Assembly (NCBI GenBank): GCA_963822965.1
Contig: CAWGJT010000010.1
Coordinates: 1-64,000, forward strand
Reading direction: 5' to 3'
DNA: 64,000 nucleotides
Source: an uncultured delta proteobacterium
GTDB taxonomy: Bacteria; Myxococcota_A; UBA9160; UBA4427
The translations under genes and the position numbers were made by a program. Position 1 is the first letter of the stretch. Every line of letters begins with the position of its first letter. This document shows positions 30,191 through 40,435 of this stretch, one piece after another. Below the pieces are notes generated by a model. It was not told the DNA's origin. It was given only the letters and a program-made list of their open reading frames with translations, and searched no databases.

Positions 30191-31071
30191 CTAGCCGACG
30201 GCGGCCTTCAAGCCGGCGTCGCCCTTGTCGACGAACTGCGGCTTGTACTCCCCGTACACGTGGTCGCCGATGCGCTTCATGCGCGCCATCTCTTCGGCAT
30301 CGAGGGGCCCGGCGTCGAGGGCGCGGACGGCTTCCTGCATCTCCTCCCGGTTGGAAGGCCCGCAGAGCACCAGGCTGACGGCCGGATGGCTGAGCGCGAA
30401 GCGGTAGCAATCGCGAGCACGCGGCGGCGCTTCGCCGGGCGGCATCTTCCTCGGGTCGAGGAGGTGTCCCCAGCGCGTCGCCGTGTAGGCGACGATGCCA
30501 GGGGCGGCGACCCGCTCGGCCGGTGAAGGAGGCGAGAGCGGCAGGTACGGGAAGACGTCCCGCTCCGCCCCCCGGTGCACCGCGTTGTAGCGCAGCATGA
30601 AGGCGTCGAAGGGGCTCTCGTTCGCCGCGAAGCGCCGGAAGTGGCCCTGGAGCGACGGGCGGTTGTGGGTGCTCATCATCAGGTGCCGCACCCGGCCCCT
30701 CTGCTGGAGACGCTTGCCGCGTCGACGAGGGCGGGGCCCGGAGGCTCGTCCCACTTGCCGAGCAGCAGGAAGTCGAAGTAGTCGAGCCGGGCCCGGCGCA
30801 GGGCGAGCTCCACCGACGGCGCCAGCAGGGCGGCCACCCGGCTGTACGACTGCACGGTGAGGACGACGCCCTCGCGGTTCTTGCGCGCGACGTTCCGCAT
30901 CGCGCGCCCGAACGCCGGCCGCCGGATCGATCCCCAGTACAGGTAGTTGATGCCCTGCTCGACGGCCTCCTCGATGAAGGCCGAATCGCGCGTGGAGCTG
31001 CTGCCGATGCCGAGCCGGGAGACCCGAAGGTCCGTCTGGCCGAAGCGGACGGGGGTGCGGAAGTCCGACAT
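30191..31071 (-). CDS. Aldo/keto reductase (frameshift near 30715)
   Basis: FGQTDLRVSRLGIG..AVEQGINY..LRRARLDYFD, then RYNAVHRGAERDVFP..YRFALSHPAVSLVLCG. Confidence 0.85.
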
Positions 31072-31154
31072 GGGGACGTTCCTCCGACGCTCAGCATATC
31101 CGATGTAGCCGCCGCTCCGCTCCGTTCCGCGTCGGGCCGCAGCCGCCCTCGGGA

Positions 31155-31571
31155 TCAGCCGTCCCGGCCGGGGCCGCTCAGCGCGGGCGCCTCTCCGTGA
31201 TGCTCGAGGATCTCGACCATGTAGCCGTCGGGGTCGCGCACGAAGGCGGCGGTGACGGGCCAGTGCTCGAGCCGCTCCGGCTCCGAGATCGACTCCATGC
31301 CGGCGTCGATGCAGCGCTGGTACAGGCCCTTGCAGTCGTCGGTGTTCAGGTAGAGCTTCCAGAAGCCGTTGCCGTGCTCGATCGGCCCCGTCTGGTCGTG
31401 ATGCCGGGCCAGCTGGATGCGGTTGCCGCTGGCGCCGGCCAGCACCACCTCGCTGAAGCCGGGGGTCTCGATGCGATGCGTGACCTCGAGCCCGAGCACC
31501 GTCTCGTAGAAGTGCAGGGATCGCTCGAGGTCGCTGACGTTGATGCAGTACTGGTCGATGCTCGTCTTCAT
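31155..31571 (-). CDS. VOC/glyoxalase family protein
   Basis: INVSDLERSLHFYETVLG..AFVRDPDGYMVEI. Confidence 0.9.
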   Translation of the reverse strand: MKTSIDQYCINVSDLERSLHFYETVLGLEVTHRIETPGFSEVVLAGASGNRIQLARHHDQTGPIEHGNGFWKLYLNTDDCKGLYQRCIDAGMESISEPERLEHWPVTAAFVRDPDGYMVEILEHHGEAPALSGPGRDG

Positions 31572-31608
31572 CGTTTCCACTCCTGATCGGGTCATGGTAT
31601 CCCGCCGT

Positions 31609-31995
31609 TCAATGAGCTCGGGCGGTCACGCGGATCTCCACCAATGCACCCGGGAACGCGAGGGCCGAGATGCCGATCGCCGTCCACGCCGGGTAGGGCG
31701 CGGCGACGAAGCGGTCCTTCACCTTCTGGAAGAGGCCCAGGTGCTCGTGCAGGTCGACGTGGAAGGTCGTCATCTCGACGACGTCCGCGAACGAGCAGCC
31801 CGCCTCGGCGAGGACGGTCTCGACTCCCTGGAACGCCAGCGTGAACTGCTCTTCCACGTCCTCGGCTACCTTGCCGTCGGCGCGCAGGCCCAGCTGGCCC
31901 GAGCAGAAGAGCCGGTCGCCGTCGCGAACGGCCGGCGCGAAGTGGAAGACCTCGTAGTGCTGCTTCATCGACGCGGGAACGATGCGATCGGCCAT
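31609..31995 (-). CDS. RidA/YjgF family protein
   Basis: LFCSGQLG..YPAWTAIGISALAFPGALVEI. Confidence 0.9.
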   Translation of the reverse strand: MADRIVPASMKQHYEVFHFAPAVRDGDRLFCSGQLGLRADGKVAEDVEEQFTLAFQGVETVLAEAGCSFADVVEMTTFHVDLHEHLGLFQKVKDRFVAAPYPAWTAIGISALAFPGALVEIRVTARAH

Positions 31996-32081
31996 GTTCG
32001 AATCTCCTCGGGATGGGGAGGCCGAGGGTAGCCCGGGGGCGGGCCCCGGGGCACGCGCCCGTCGCGCTACGCTCGCCCCCC

Positions 32082-33857
32082 ATGGACGAGCCCACCCGGT
32101 CCGCGTACGCGTGCCACGCGGCGGAGATCGCGGAGCGTCACCTTCGCGCCGGCCGGGGCGTGGCTCGCCACTTCGCCCAGGCGTTCGCGCCGGGCGATCG
32201 CATCCTCGACGTGGGCGCGGGCACCGGCCGCGACCTGGCCGTGCTGGTCTCCGAGGGCTTCGAGGCCTATGGGGTGGAGCCCGTCGCCGAGATGCGCGCC
32301 CAGGCGCTGCAGGCTCATCCCCAGCTGGAAGGTCGGCTCTCGGCGGGCGCGCTGCCGGACTCGCTCGCCGCCGTGGGCCGAGAGCGGGGGGCGCCCTTCG
32401 ACGGAATCGTCTGCTCGGCGGTGATGCAGCACCTGCCGCGGGCCGAGCTCTTCGACGCGGTGTTCAGCCTGCGCGGGCTGCTCGTGCCGGGCGGGCGGCT
32501 GCTGGTGTCGATTCCCGTGGAGCGGCCGGGGCTCGACGCGTCGGGGCGCGACGCGTTCGGCCGGCTCTTCTCGGGCATCGGGGCGGGCGAGCTCGAGCTG
32601 CTGTGCCAGCGCGTGGGCTTCCGCACGATCGGCCGCTGGCAGAGCGACGACAGCCGGCAGGCGGGGGTCCGCTGGGCGACGCTCCTGTTCGAGCTCGAGC
32701 ACACGGGCCCGGGGGCGAGCCCGCGGCCGCTGGACCGCATCGAGGCGGTGCTGCAGCGCGACCGCAAGTCGTCCACCTACAAGCTGGCGCTGCTGCGCGC
32801 GCTGGCCGAGATCGCGACGACCCGGGCGCGCGTCGTGCGCTGGCGGCCGGACGGGCAGGTGGGTGTGCCGGTGGGCGCCATCGCCGATCTCTGGCTCGAG
32901 TACTACTGGCAGCTCTTCGAGAGCCCGCGCTTCCTGCCCCAGGCGGGGGGTGAGGCGAAGGCGGGCGTCCACAAGCTGGCGTTCGCGCAGCAGCTCGACG
33001 CGCTGCGCGCCCACTTCGCCGGCACGGGCGGGCTGCCGGGTCTGCTCTCGAGCTGGCGGCAGGGCTCGCTCGACCCGGCCGGTACGAAGCTGCTCCACGC
33101 GCTGCAGCGCAAGCTGAAGAGCACGATCCGTGACCAGCCCGTGCAGTACGCCGGCGTCAGCACGTCGGGCGCGCTCTTTGGCTTCGAGCGCGGCCACGTC
33201 CTGGTCCCCGGCGAGCTGTGGCAGGAGATCAGCCTGATGAGCCACTGGGTGCGCGACTCGCTGCTGGTGCGCTGGGCCGACCTGGTCGCGCGCTTCGCGG
33301 CGGCGGCTCCGTCTTCGGGGAGCGCGCGTTCGGGGAGTCTCGTTGCGGGGAGCGCGTCTTCGGGAAGCCCGGCTTCGAGGAGCCAGGCCGGAAGAGGGAA
33401 GGGCGGGGTGCGCGAGCATGCCCTCGGCATCCTCCTCGAGCCCGCCCTGGACGGGCGCCAGACCGCGCACGCCCGTCAGGTCTACGCGTCCCTGCCCGAG
33501 AAGCATTGCGCCTGGAGCGGCCGCCCCCTCCGCCAGACGTTCGACGTCGATCACATCATCCCCTTCAGCCTGTGGCACAGCAACGATCTCTGGAACCTCG
33601 TGCCCGCCGCGAAGGCGGTGAACAACCAGAAGCGCGACCGTCTGCCCACCCGCCGGCTGCTGCGAGACCGGCGCCCGATCATCCTCGACTGCTGGCACCA
33701 GCTCGACGCGCAGCTCCACCGCCGCTTCGAAGCCGAGCTGTGGCACCTGACGGGAGACGAAGGCGCCAGCTACGAAGCCGGCTTCGACGCGCTGGTGGAA
33801 GCCGTGGAGACGACGGCGCTCCAGCGGGGGGTAGAGAGATGGGCCGGGGCTTCTTGA
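32082..33857 (+). CDS. Class I SAM methyltransferase fused to HNH nuclease
   Basis: ILDVGAGTGRD..FDGIVCSAVMQHL; KSSTYKLALLRAL; C-terminal CAWSG..FDVDHIIPFSLWHSNDLWNLVPA..VNNQKRD. Confidence 0.85.
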   Translation: MDEPTRSAYACHAAEIAERHLRAGRGVARHFAQAFAPGDRILDVGAGTGRDLAVLVSEGFEAYGVEPVAEMRAQALQAHPQLEGRLSAGALPDSLAAVGRERGAPFDGIVCSAVMQHLPRAELFDAVFSLRGLLVPGGRLLVSIPVERPGLDASGRDAFGRLFSGIGAGELELLCQRVGFRTIGRWQSDDSRQAGVRWATLLFELEHTGPGASPRPLDRIEAVLQRDRKSSTYKLALLRALAEIATTRARVVRWRPDGQVGVPVGAIADLWLEYYWQLFESPRFLPQAGGEAKAGVHKLAFAQQLDALRAHFAGTGGLPGLLSSWRQGSLDPAGTKLLHALQRKLKSTIRDQPVQYAGVSTSGALFGFERGHVLVPGELWQEISLMSHWVRDSLLVRWADLVARFAAAAPSSGSARSGSLVAGSASSGSPASRSQAGRGKGGVREHALGILLEPALDGRQTAHARQVYASLPEKHCAWSGRPLRQTFDVDHIIPFSLWHSNDLWNLVPAAKAVNNQKRDRLPTRRLLRDRRPIILDCWHQLDAQLHRRFEAELWHLTGDEGASYEAGFDALVEAVETTALQRGVERWAGAS

Positions 33858-33951
33858 GCGCGTGGGGGCTCGTGGGTGCTTGGGTGCTTCGGTGCTTGGG
33901 GCAGAGTGAGCGGCTGCGGCTTCGACAGCGTTTGCGGCCTGGCAAGGGTCG

Positions 33952-34506
33952 GTGCCCCGTGAGCGCAGCGGCCGCCTGGGGGAAGCGAGCGGTGTGAGCG
34001 ACCTGCATCGGATGGCGAGTCCCCACCTGCAGCGCTGGTGCAGCGCATGGGGCGTGGCCGGGCTGGCCGACGACCTCCGCGTGATCACCAGCACTCGTCT
34101 GCGCACGTCGCTGGGCCTGTGCGTGCCGGCTCGTCGGGAGCTTCGCATCGCGTCGTTCCTCCTCGCCGGTCCGCCCGAGCTTCTGCTCGAGGTTGTCTGC
34201 CACGAAGCGGCCCATGCCGCGGTCTACGAGCTGCACGGAAGATGCGCGCGACCGCACGGCGTCGAGTGGCGCGCGCTGATGAAGGCCGCGGGCTACGCGC
34301 CCCGCGCGAGGCTCGCCGCCGCGGGCCGGACCGGTGCGCCGCCGATTCCCACGCCGCGCATCCTCTGGGAGCACCGCTGTCCGGTCTGCCAGGCCCACCG
34401 ACTGGCGGGCCGCCCCGTCCGCGAGTGGCGCTGCTCGGCATGCCGAGGCATCGGCTTCGCCGGCGAGCTCACCATCACCCGTCGCGAGGTGGGACCGGCC
34501 CCATAG
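33952..34506 (+). CDS. SprT-like zinc metalloprotease (start uncertain)
   Basis: RLRTSLG..EVVCHEAAH..PHGVEWRALM..CPVC..CSAC. Confidence 0.85.
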   Translation: MPRERSGRLGEASGVSDLHRMASPHLQRWCSAWGVAGLADDLRVITSTRLRTSLGLCVPARRELRIASFLLAGPPELLLEVVCHEAAHAAVYELHGRCARPHGVEWRALMKAAGYAPRARLAAAGRTGAPPIPTPRILWEHRCPVCQAHRLAGRPVREWRCSACRGIGFAGELTITRREVGPAP

Positions 34507-34560
34507 GCTTGCCAAGATCGCGCCCGCACCCCGTCGTCGTTGCTCCGTCTGTCATCCGCG

Positions 34561-35412
34561 TCAACGCTCGAGCGCGAAGATCGGACGCGCGCCGCTCAGG
34601 CCTTTCAGCTCGTGGGTGCCCCGGAACGAGAAGAAGAGCTCCGATCCGTCGAGCAGATCGTGCGTGGTGCCCGAGACGAGTACTTCCCCCGGCCCCGCCA
34701 GCGCCGCGACGCGGGCTGCGGCGTGCATGGCGACGCCCCGGGCGTTACCTCCGGCGATCGCCACCTCGCCCGTGTGGACGCCTGCGCGCACCCGAATGCC
34801 GAGATCGGCCATCGCGGGATCGATCGCCGCAGCGGCGCTCACCGCCTTCGCGGCGCCGTCGAAGAGCGCGAGGAAGCCGTCTCCGAAGGTTCCCATCTCG
34901 CGACCGCGAAAGCGATCGATGACGGCGCGGACCCGCTCGTTGTGCAAGTGCAGGATCCGGGTCCACTCGGCGTCGCCGACGCGGGCCAGCACCTCGGTCG
35001 AGCCGACGATGTCCGAGAACACGATCGTCGCGAGCACCCGCTCGGCGAGATCCTCGGGAGATCGGGCGAAGGCGTGTCCGCTGGTGAACTCGACCGATTC
35101 CCAGGGCACGTCGCCCACGACCCAGCCGTCGTGTCCGGGCGGAATCTCGTACGCATCGCCGGGATGGATCGTCATCTCGGTGCCGTCGTCCATGCGAACG
35201 CACAGGCTGCCGGAGATCGTGTAGCCGACATGGCGGAGCTGGCAGGAGCTCGTACCGGCGATCGGGGCCACGTCCTGCGACCAGCGCCAACCGGGCTGGA
35301 ACACGAACCGGCTCACGGAGATCTCGTCGAGCGTGACGAGATCCATGAGTCCGCCCGGGAAGCGTCTCACCTCGTCGGGTACGTCGAACCCCTTGCGCTG
35401 AAGTCTCGGCAC
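34561..35412 (-). CDS. Cupin - class III adenylate/guanylate cyclase fusion
   Basis: FQPGWRWS..CQLRHVGY..IPPGHDGWVVG cupin; FSDIVGST..GDGFLA..RAGVHTGE..AARV cyclase. Confidence 0.9.
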   Translation of the reverse strand: MPRLQRKGFDVPDEVRRFPGGLMDLVTLDEISVSRFVFQPGWRWSQDVAPIAGTSSCQLRHVGYTISGSLCVRMDDGTEMTIHPGDAYEIPPGHDGWVVGDVPWESVEFTSGHAFARSPEDLAERVLATIVFSDIVGSTEVLARVGDAEWTRILHLHNERVRAVIDRFRGREMGTFGDGFLALFDGAAKAVSAAAAIDPAMADLGIRVRAGVHTGEVAIAGGNARGVAMHAAARVAALAGPGEVLVSGTTHDLLDGSELFFSFRGTHELKGLSGARPIFALER

Positions 35413-35550
35413 GGCGCTCGCGACTGTACTTTCTCCGGCCGGCCGAACGCAATCGCGGGGCCTCGAGCTCCGCCCGATCCCGCCCGGGGTCGTCGACACG
35501 CCCCGTCCGCTCTGCCAGCATCGTCCCTGAAGCGCCCACAGGAGACGTCC

Positions 35551-37059
35551 ATGGACACGTCGGTCACCGCCGAGGAGCTCGCCTCTGCGATGGAGTCGCT
35601 CGGTATGTCGCCTTCCGACGCGGAGCAGTACGTCGGAGTCGTCCAAGCCAACCTGGCGGTGGTCGCCGGCATGGACGCCATCCCCCTCGAGGCGCCGAAG
35701 CCGGTGGAGCGGGCCTGGCGCCGACCCTCCGCCGACGAGAACCCCCTCGGCGCCTGGTACGTGAAGACCGACATCCCGGGCGCGGCGACCGGCAAGCTGG
35801 CGGGCCGCACCCTGGCGGTGAAGGACAACCTGCTGCTGGCGGGCGTGCCGCTCATGAACGGCACCCACGTGCTGGAAGGCTACACGCCCGACGTCGACGC
35901 CGAGATCATCACGCGTGTGCTCGATGCAGGCGCGCGGATCATCGGCAAGACCGTGTGTGAGGCCTACTGCTTCTCGGGGGGCAGCCACACGAGCGCGACC
36001 GGTCCGGTGCACAATCCGCACGATCCGACCCGCAGCGCCGGGGGCAGCTCTTCGGGCTCCGGGGTGGTGATCGCGGCGGGCGAGGCCGACCTGGCGATCG
36101 GCTGCGACCAGGGGGGATCGGTTCGCATGCCGTCCTCCTTCTGCGGAATCGTCGGCATGAAGCCGACCTACGGGCTGGTGCCGTACACCGGCATCCTCGG
36201 CATGAACCCGAACATCGACCACACCGGCCCCATGACGGCCAACGTGGCGGACAACGCGCTGCTGCTCGAGGTGCTGGCGGGGATCGACGGGGTCGACAGC
36301 CGGCAGTCCCGGGAGGTGGGCCTCGACTATGACGGCGTCTTCACCCGGGAGCTGGGCGGCGAGCTCTCCGGCCTGCGCGTCGGGGTCGTGCGCGAGGGCT
36401 TCGGGGGGCCCGGGTCGGAGGCCGTGGTGGACGAGAAGGTGCGCGCGGCCGCGGCGCGCCTGGGCAGGCTGGGCGCGACGGTCAGCGAGGTGTCCGTGCC
36501 CCTGCACCTGAGCGCCGGGAGCATCACGTTCGGCGCGCTGCAGGCGATCCTGACCTCCATGTTCCACCTGGACGGCTGCCTGCTCGAGCGACCGGACATC
36601 ACGCCGCCGAGCTACATCGAGCACCAGCACCGCTGGCGGGAGCAGGCGACCGAGCTGCCCGCCAACGTGAAGTCGGTGCTGATCAGCTGCGAGCTGTTGA
36701 GACGCCGGGCCGGCTATACGTCGGTCGCGCGAGCGATGCTGCGGCTGCCGGTGCTGCGCGCGGCGTACGACGCGGCGCTCGCCCAGGTGGACGTCCTCGT
36801 GATGCCGACCACGCCCATGCGCGCCACCCCGTTGCCCCCCGCGGACGCGTCGCCGGAGGTGGTGACGGCCCTCGCCTTCGGACCGCTGGCGAACACCGGC
36901 GCCTTCAACTCCACGCACCATCCGGCGCTCTCGGTTCCGTGTGGGATGAGCGAGGGCCTGCCGGTGGGCATGATGCTGGTGGGCCGACACTTCGGAGAGG
37001 GCGTGCTGTACAGGGTCGCCCACGCGTTCGAGCAGCACGAGGACTGGCGGGCGCTCTGA
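35551..37059 (+). CDS. Amidase signature family enzyme
   Basis: AGGAG RBS; VKDN, GGSSSGS, GCDQGGSVRMPS. Confidence 0.93.
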   Translation: MDTSVTAEELASAMESLGMSPSDAEQYVGVVQANLAVVAGMDAIPLEAPKPVERAWRRPSADENPLGAWYVKTDIPGAATGKLAGRTLAVKDNLLLAGVPLMNGTHVLEGYTPDVDAEIITRVLDAGARIIGKTVCEAYCFSGGSHTSATGPVHNPHDPTRSAGGSSSGSGVVIAAGEADLAIGCDQGGSVRMPSSFCGIVGMKPTYGLVPYTGILGMNPNIDHTGPMTANVADNALLLEVLAGIDGVDSRQSREVGLDYDGVFTRELGGELSGLRVGVVREGFGGPGSEAVVDEKVRAAAARLGRLGATVSEVSVPLHLSAGSITFGALQAILTSMFHLDGCLLERPDITPPSYIEHQHRWREQATELPANVKSVLISCELLRRRAGYTSVARAMLRLPVLRAAYDAALAQVDVLVMPTTPMRATPLPPADASPEVVTALAFGPLANTGAFNSTHHPALSVPCGMSEGLPVGMMLVGRHFGEGVLYRVAHAFEQHEDWRAL

Positions 37060-37230
37060 GCGAGGCCGTCCTCCTCGCACGCCTGCGGGGTGTCAGGCCC
37101 CCACAGGTCGCTCGTGAGCTGGACGCAGCCGCCAGCAGGCGTCGGCGCTCGGCGTTAGGCGCGCTTCCCGCTGGACTTCGCTCGCGGCATCCTCGTAAGA
37201 TGAGAGGACCCCCAAGCAGGAGGACTCGAG

Positions 37231-39672
37231 ATGATCCTCTCCCGGAGCCGCTTCTCACCCACCAAGACCCTCGTCTTCGCGCTCGCCCTGCTCGTCGGAG
37301 CGCTCCCGCTCGCAGCGAGTGCAAACGGAGCGCACTCCCGCAAGGCTCCCTACCTGGCGCTCGTACGCTGGACGTCCTACGGCATCCCACACGTGACGGC
37401 CATCGACTGGGGCAGCCTCGGCTACGGCTACGGCTACGCGTTCGCGCACGACAACCTCTGCACCCTCGCCCAGGACGTCGTCGAATCGACGGGCGAGCAG
37501 TCGCGCTGGTTCGGGCCGGGCGGCGGCCGGCTCGAGAGCGACTGGCTGTGGGCGCTCTTCAACTCCGATGCGGTCGCAGAGGCCAGCTGGCAGCAGCTCG
37601 ACGCGGACCTGCAGAGCCTGTTGCAAGGCTATGCGGACGGCTACAACCGCGACCTGGCCGAGGTGGGCGTCGCGAATCTCCCCGAGCCCTGCCGCGACGC
37701 CGGTTGGGTGCGGCCCATCGACGCCCTGGACATGCTCAAGGTGCTCAACAAGCTCACCTTGCGGGCCGGCGTGGCGAACTTCATCCCGTCGATCGTGGGC
37801 GCGCAGCCGCCCGCGCCGCTGGCGAGCAGCAGCGGCGCGACCAGCGCGCCGACCAGCGTACGAAAAGAGCCAACAGGCGTTACCAGCCTCGACGAGGCGC
37901 GCACGTTGCTGGCCCGAACCGAGCTCCCCGACTGGAGCTCCGACCGCTTCGGCAGCAACGCCGTCGCGCTTGGCCGCGACCTCACCAACGACGGCGGCGG
38001 AGCGCTGCTCGGCAACCCGCACTTCCCCTGGCTGGGGATCAACCGCTTCCACCTCACCCACCTCACGATTCCGGGGCGCTACGACGCCATGGGGGCCGCG
38101 ATCTACGGCTTCCCGCTGGTCAACATCGGCTTCAACCGCAACGTCGCCTGGAGCCACACCGTCTCGACGGCACGGCGCTTCGTGGTCTTCGAGCTGACCC
38201 TCGCCCCCGGCGACCCCACCTCGTACGTCTTCGACGGCGCCGTGCTGCCGATGACGACCCAGACGGTGACGGTGGACGTCCTGCAGGGCGACGGGTCGTT
38301 GGCGCCCGCCAGCCACACGTTCTACTCGACGCGCTGGGGGCCGATGCTCGTCCTGCCGCCCCTGGCCGGCTGGTCCACCACGCGGGGCTACACGATCGCG
38401 GACGTGAACGTCGGCAACATCCGCGGCCTGCGCCAGTATCGCGAGATGGGCAGCGCGCACAGCGTGGCCGAGTTCCGGCACGCCATCGAGAGCAATCTCG
38501 CGCTGCCCTGGGTCAACTCCATCGCGGCGGACCGCCAGGGCAACGCCTACTACGGCGACATCTCCACCGTGCCCCACGTGACGGATGCGAAGCTCGCGGC
38601 CTGCGCGAACACGTTCGTCGCGCAGGTGCTCTCGTCGGTCCGCGTCTACACCCTCGACGGCTCGACGTCGGCCTGCGACCTGGGCTCCGACCCCGACGCA
38701 CCCCAGCCGGGCATCTTCGGCCCGAGCCATCTGCCGAGCATCCAGCGCGGCGACTTCGCGCAGAACTCGAACGACAGCTACTGGCTCGCGAACCCCGCGC
38801 AACGGCTCGAAGGCTACCCGCAGATCATCGGCGTGGACGAAGGCAGGCCCCAGGGCCTGCGCACGCGACTCGGGCTCCGGCAGATCGAGGACCGCATGCT
38901 GGGCACCGACGGTCTGCCAGGCTCGGGCTTCGGGCGCCAGTGGCTGCAGGACGTGCTCTACCAGAACCGGAACCTGAGCGCCGAGCTGCTGCTCGACGGG
39001 GTCCGCACGCTGTGCATGGAGGAGGACAACCACGTGGATCTCGGGGGCGGCAACGTCGTGGACGTCTCCCAGGCCTGCGCGGTGCTCGCTTCCTGGGACG
39101 GCACCAACGACCCGGACCGCGTCGGGCCCCACATCTGGCTCGAGCTCTACGACCGGGCGAGCGGCACCCCGAACCTGTACGCCGTTCCCTTCGACGCGAA
39201 CGACCCGGTGAACACGCCCCGCGACCTGAACCTGGGCGACGCCGCGGTGCGCAGCGCCGTGATGGCGAGCCTGGCGGGCGCCGTGGACCGGCTCGTGGGT
39301 GCGGGCATCGCCCTGGACGCGCCCTGGGGAACGGTGCAGTTCGACACGCGAAACGGCGAGATCTTCCCGATTCCCGGCGGGCCCGGCGGCATGGGCGTCT
39401 ACAACGCCATCTATCCCGCCGGTCTCGTCCCGAACGTGGGCTACACGCCGATCGTCTCGGGCTCGAGCTACATCCAGGCGGTGCGCTGGAAGCGGGGCTG
39501 GCCCGATGTGCGAGGCATCGTCACCTACTCCCAATCGACGAACCCGGACAGCCCGCACTTCTCGGACATGACCCGGGTCTTCTCCGACCAGGAGTGGCTG
39601 ACGCTGCCGTTCCGCGAGCGGGACATCCGCCGCGAGCAGATCGACTGGAAGTTCCTGTGGGCGCGCCGCTAG
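37231..39672 (+). CDS. Secreted Ntn-hydrolase, penicillin/AHL acylase family (PvdQ/QuiP-like)
   Basis: Signal peptide, YGIPHV, beta-chain start FG-SNAVALG, NPHFPW, NSNDSYW, TYSQS. Confidence 0.92.
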   Translation: MILSRSRFSPTKTLVFALALLVGALPLAASANGAHSRKAPYLALVRWTSYGIPHVTAIDWGSLGYGYGYAFAHDNLCTLAQDVVESTGEQSRWFGPGGGRLESDWLWALFNSDAVAEASWQQLDADLQSLLQGYADGYNRDLAEVGVANLPEPCRDAGWVRPIDALDMLKVLNKLTLRAGVANFIPSIVGAQPPAPLASSSGATSAPTSVRKEPTGVTSLDEARTLLARTELPDWSSDRFGSNAVALGRDLTNDGGGALLGNPHFPWLGINRFHLTHLTIPGRYDAMGAAIYGFPLVNIGFNRNVAWSHTVSTARRFVVFELTLAPGDPTSYVFDGAVLPMTTQTVTVDVLQGDGSLAPASHTFYSTRWGPMLVLPPLAGWSTTRGYTIADVNVGNIRGLRQYREMGSAHSVAEFRHAIESNLALPWVNSIAADRQGNAYYGDISTVPHVTDAKLAACANTFVAQVLSSVRVYTLDGSTSACDLGSDPDAPQPGIFGPSHLPSIQRGDFAQNSNDSYWLANPAQRLEGYPQIIGVDEGRPQGLRTRLGLRQIEDRMLGTDGLPGSGFGRQWLQDVLYQNRNLSAELLLDGVRTLCMEEDNHVDLGGGNVVDVSQACAVLASWDGTNDPDRVGPHIWLELYDRASGTPNLYAVPFDANDPVNTPRDLNLGDAAVRSAVMASLAGAVDRLVGAGIALDAPWGTVQFDTRNGEIFPIPGGPGGMGVYNAIYPAGLVPNVGYTPIVSGSSYIQAVRWKRGWPDVRGIVTYSQSTNPDSPHFSDMTRVFSDQEWLTLPFRERDIRREQIDWKFLWARR

Positions 39673-39682
39673 CTGGGTGCCG

Positions 39683-40435
39683 CTAGCGGTACTCGTTGTG
39701 CCAGCGGTAGGGCCGGGGCGTTCCGTGCCAGTCCGCGACGTACTTGCGCCTGCGGTCTTCGAAGTACTTCGCGGGCTTCTTCGTCGCGCAGTAGACGTTC
39801 TGGTAGACGCGGCGGTCCGCCTCGTTGCCGGGGATCTTCGTGTAGAAGTCCTTCTTCGACTTGCGGATGAAGAGCCGATTCTGGTCGAGGAGCCCGACGC
39901 CCAGCTGCGCGCCGTAGCGATTGGCGACGGCACCGAGGGCGAAGGGGCCCGTGCACTCCGTCACGTAGCGGTCGGCGTGGCTCTTCGCGTACTCCAGCGC
40001 GTGGAGCCAGAAGGGCGAGCCCGGACGGGCGACGAGCAGCGCGGGGTTGGCCGAGATGCAGCGGCCGTCCGGCTCGAGGTCGCAGAAGAGCAGCACGTCG
40101 TGCCCGCCGTGCGCGCCCAGGAGGCCTTCGAGGCTCTGCAGGCACTCCATGTCGAGGTCCGCATAGACGCCGCCGTACGCGTACATCCACATGTAGCGGA
40201 TGGCGTCGAGCCGCTTGATGTTCTTGTCGAAGGATCGCCAGGTGTCGAGGTACCCCCCGAAGCGCTCGGCCACGAAGGCCTCGTTGTCGCGATCGTCCCA
40301 CAGCCGGTACTGCCAGCCCGGGTGGTGACGCTTCCACGATTCGGCGCACAGCCGGAACTCCTCGATGGCCGAGAGATCCCGGGTCTTCCAGGTCTGGTGG
40401 AGGATGCGGGGGAAGCCGGGGCTTGCGTCCGTCAT
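39683..40435 (-). CDS. DXD glycosyltransferase (GT32/OCH1-like)
   Basis: PRILHQTWK..DAIRY..YGGVYADLD..TGP. ATGA overlap with the upstream gene. Confidence 0.9.
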   Translation of the reverse strand: MTDASPGFPRILHQTWKTRDLSAIEEFRLCAESWKRHHPGWQYRLWDDRDNEAFVAERFGGYLDTWRSFDKNIKRLDAIRYMWMYAYGGVYADLDMECLQSLEGLLGAHGGHDVLLFCDLEPDGRCISANPALLVARPGSPFWLHALEYAKSHADRYVTECTGPFALGAVANRYGAQLGVGLLDQNRLFIRKSKKDFYTKIPGNEADRRVYQNVYCATKKPAKYFEDRRRKYVADWHGTPRPYRWHNEYR

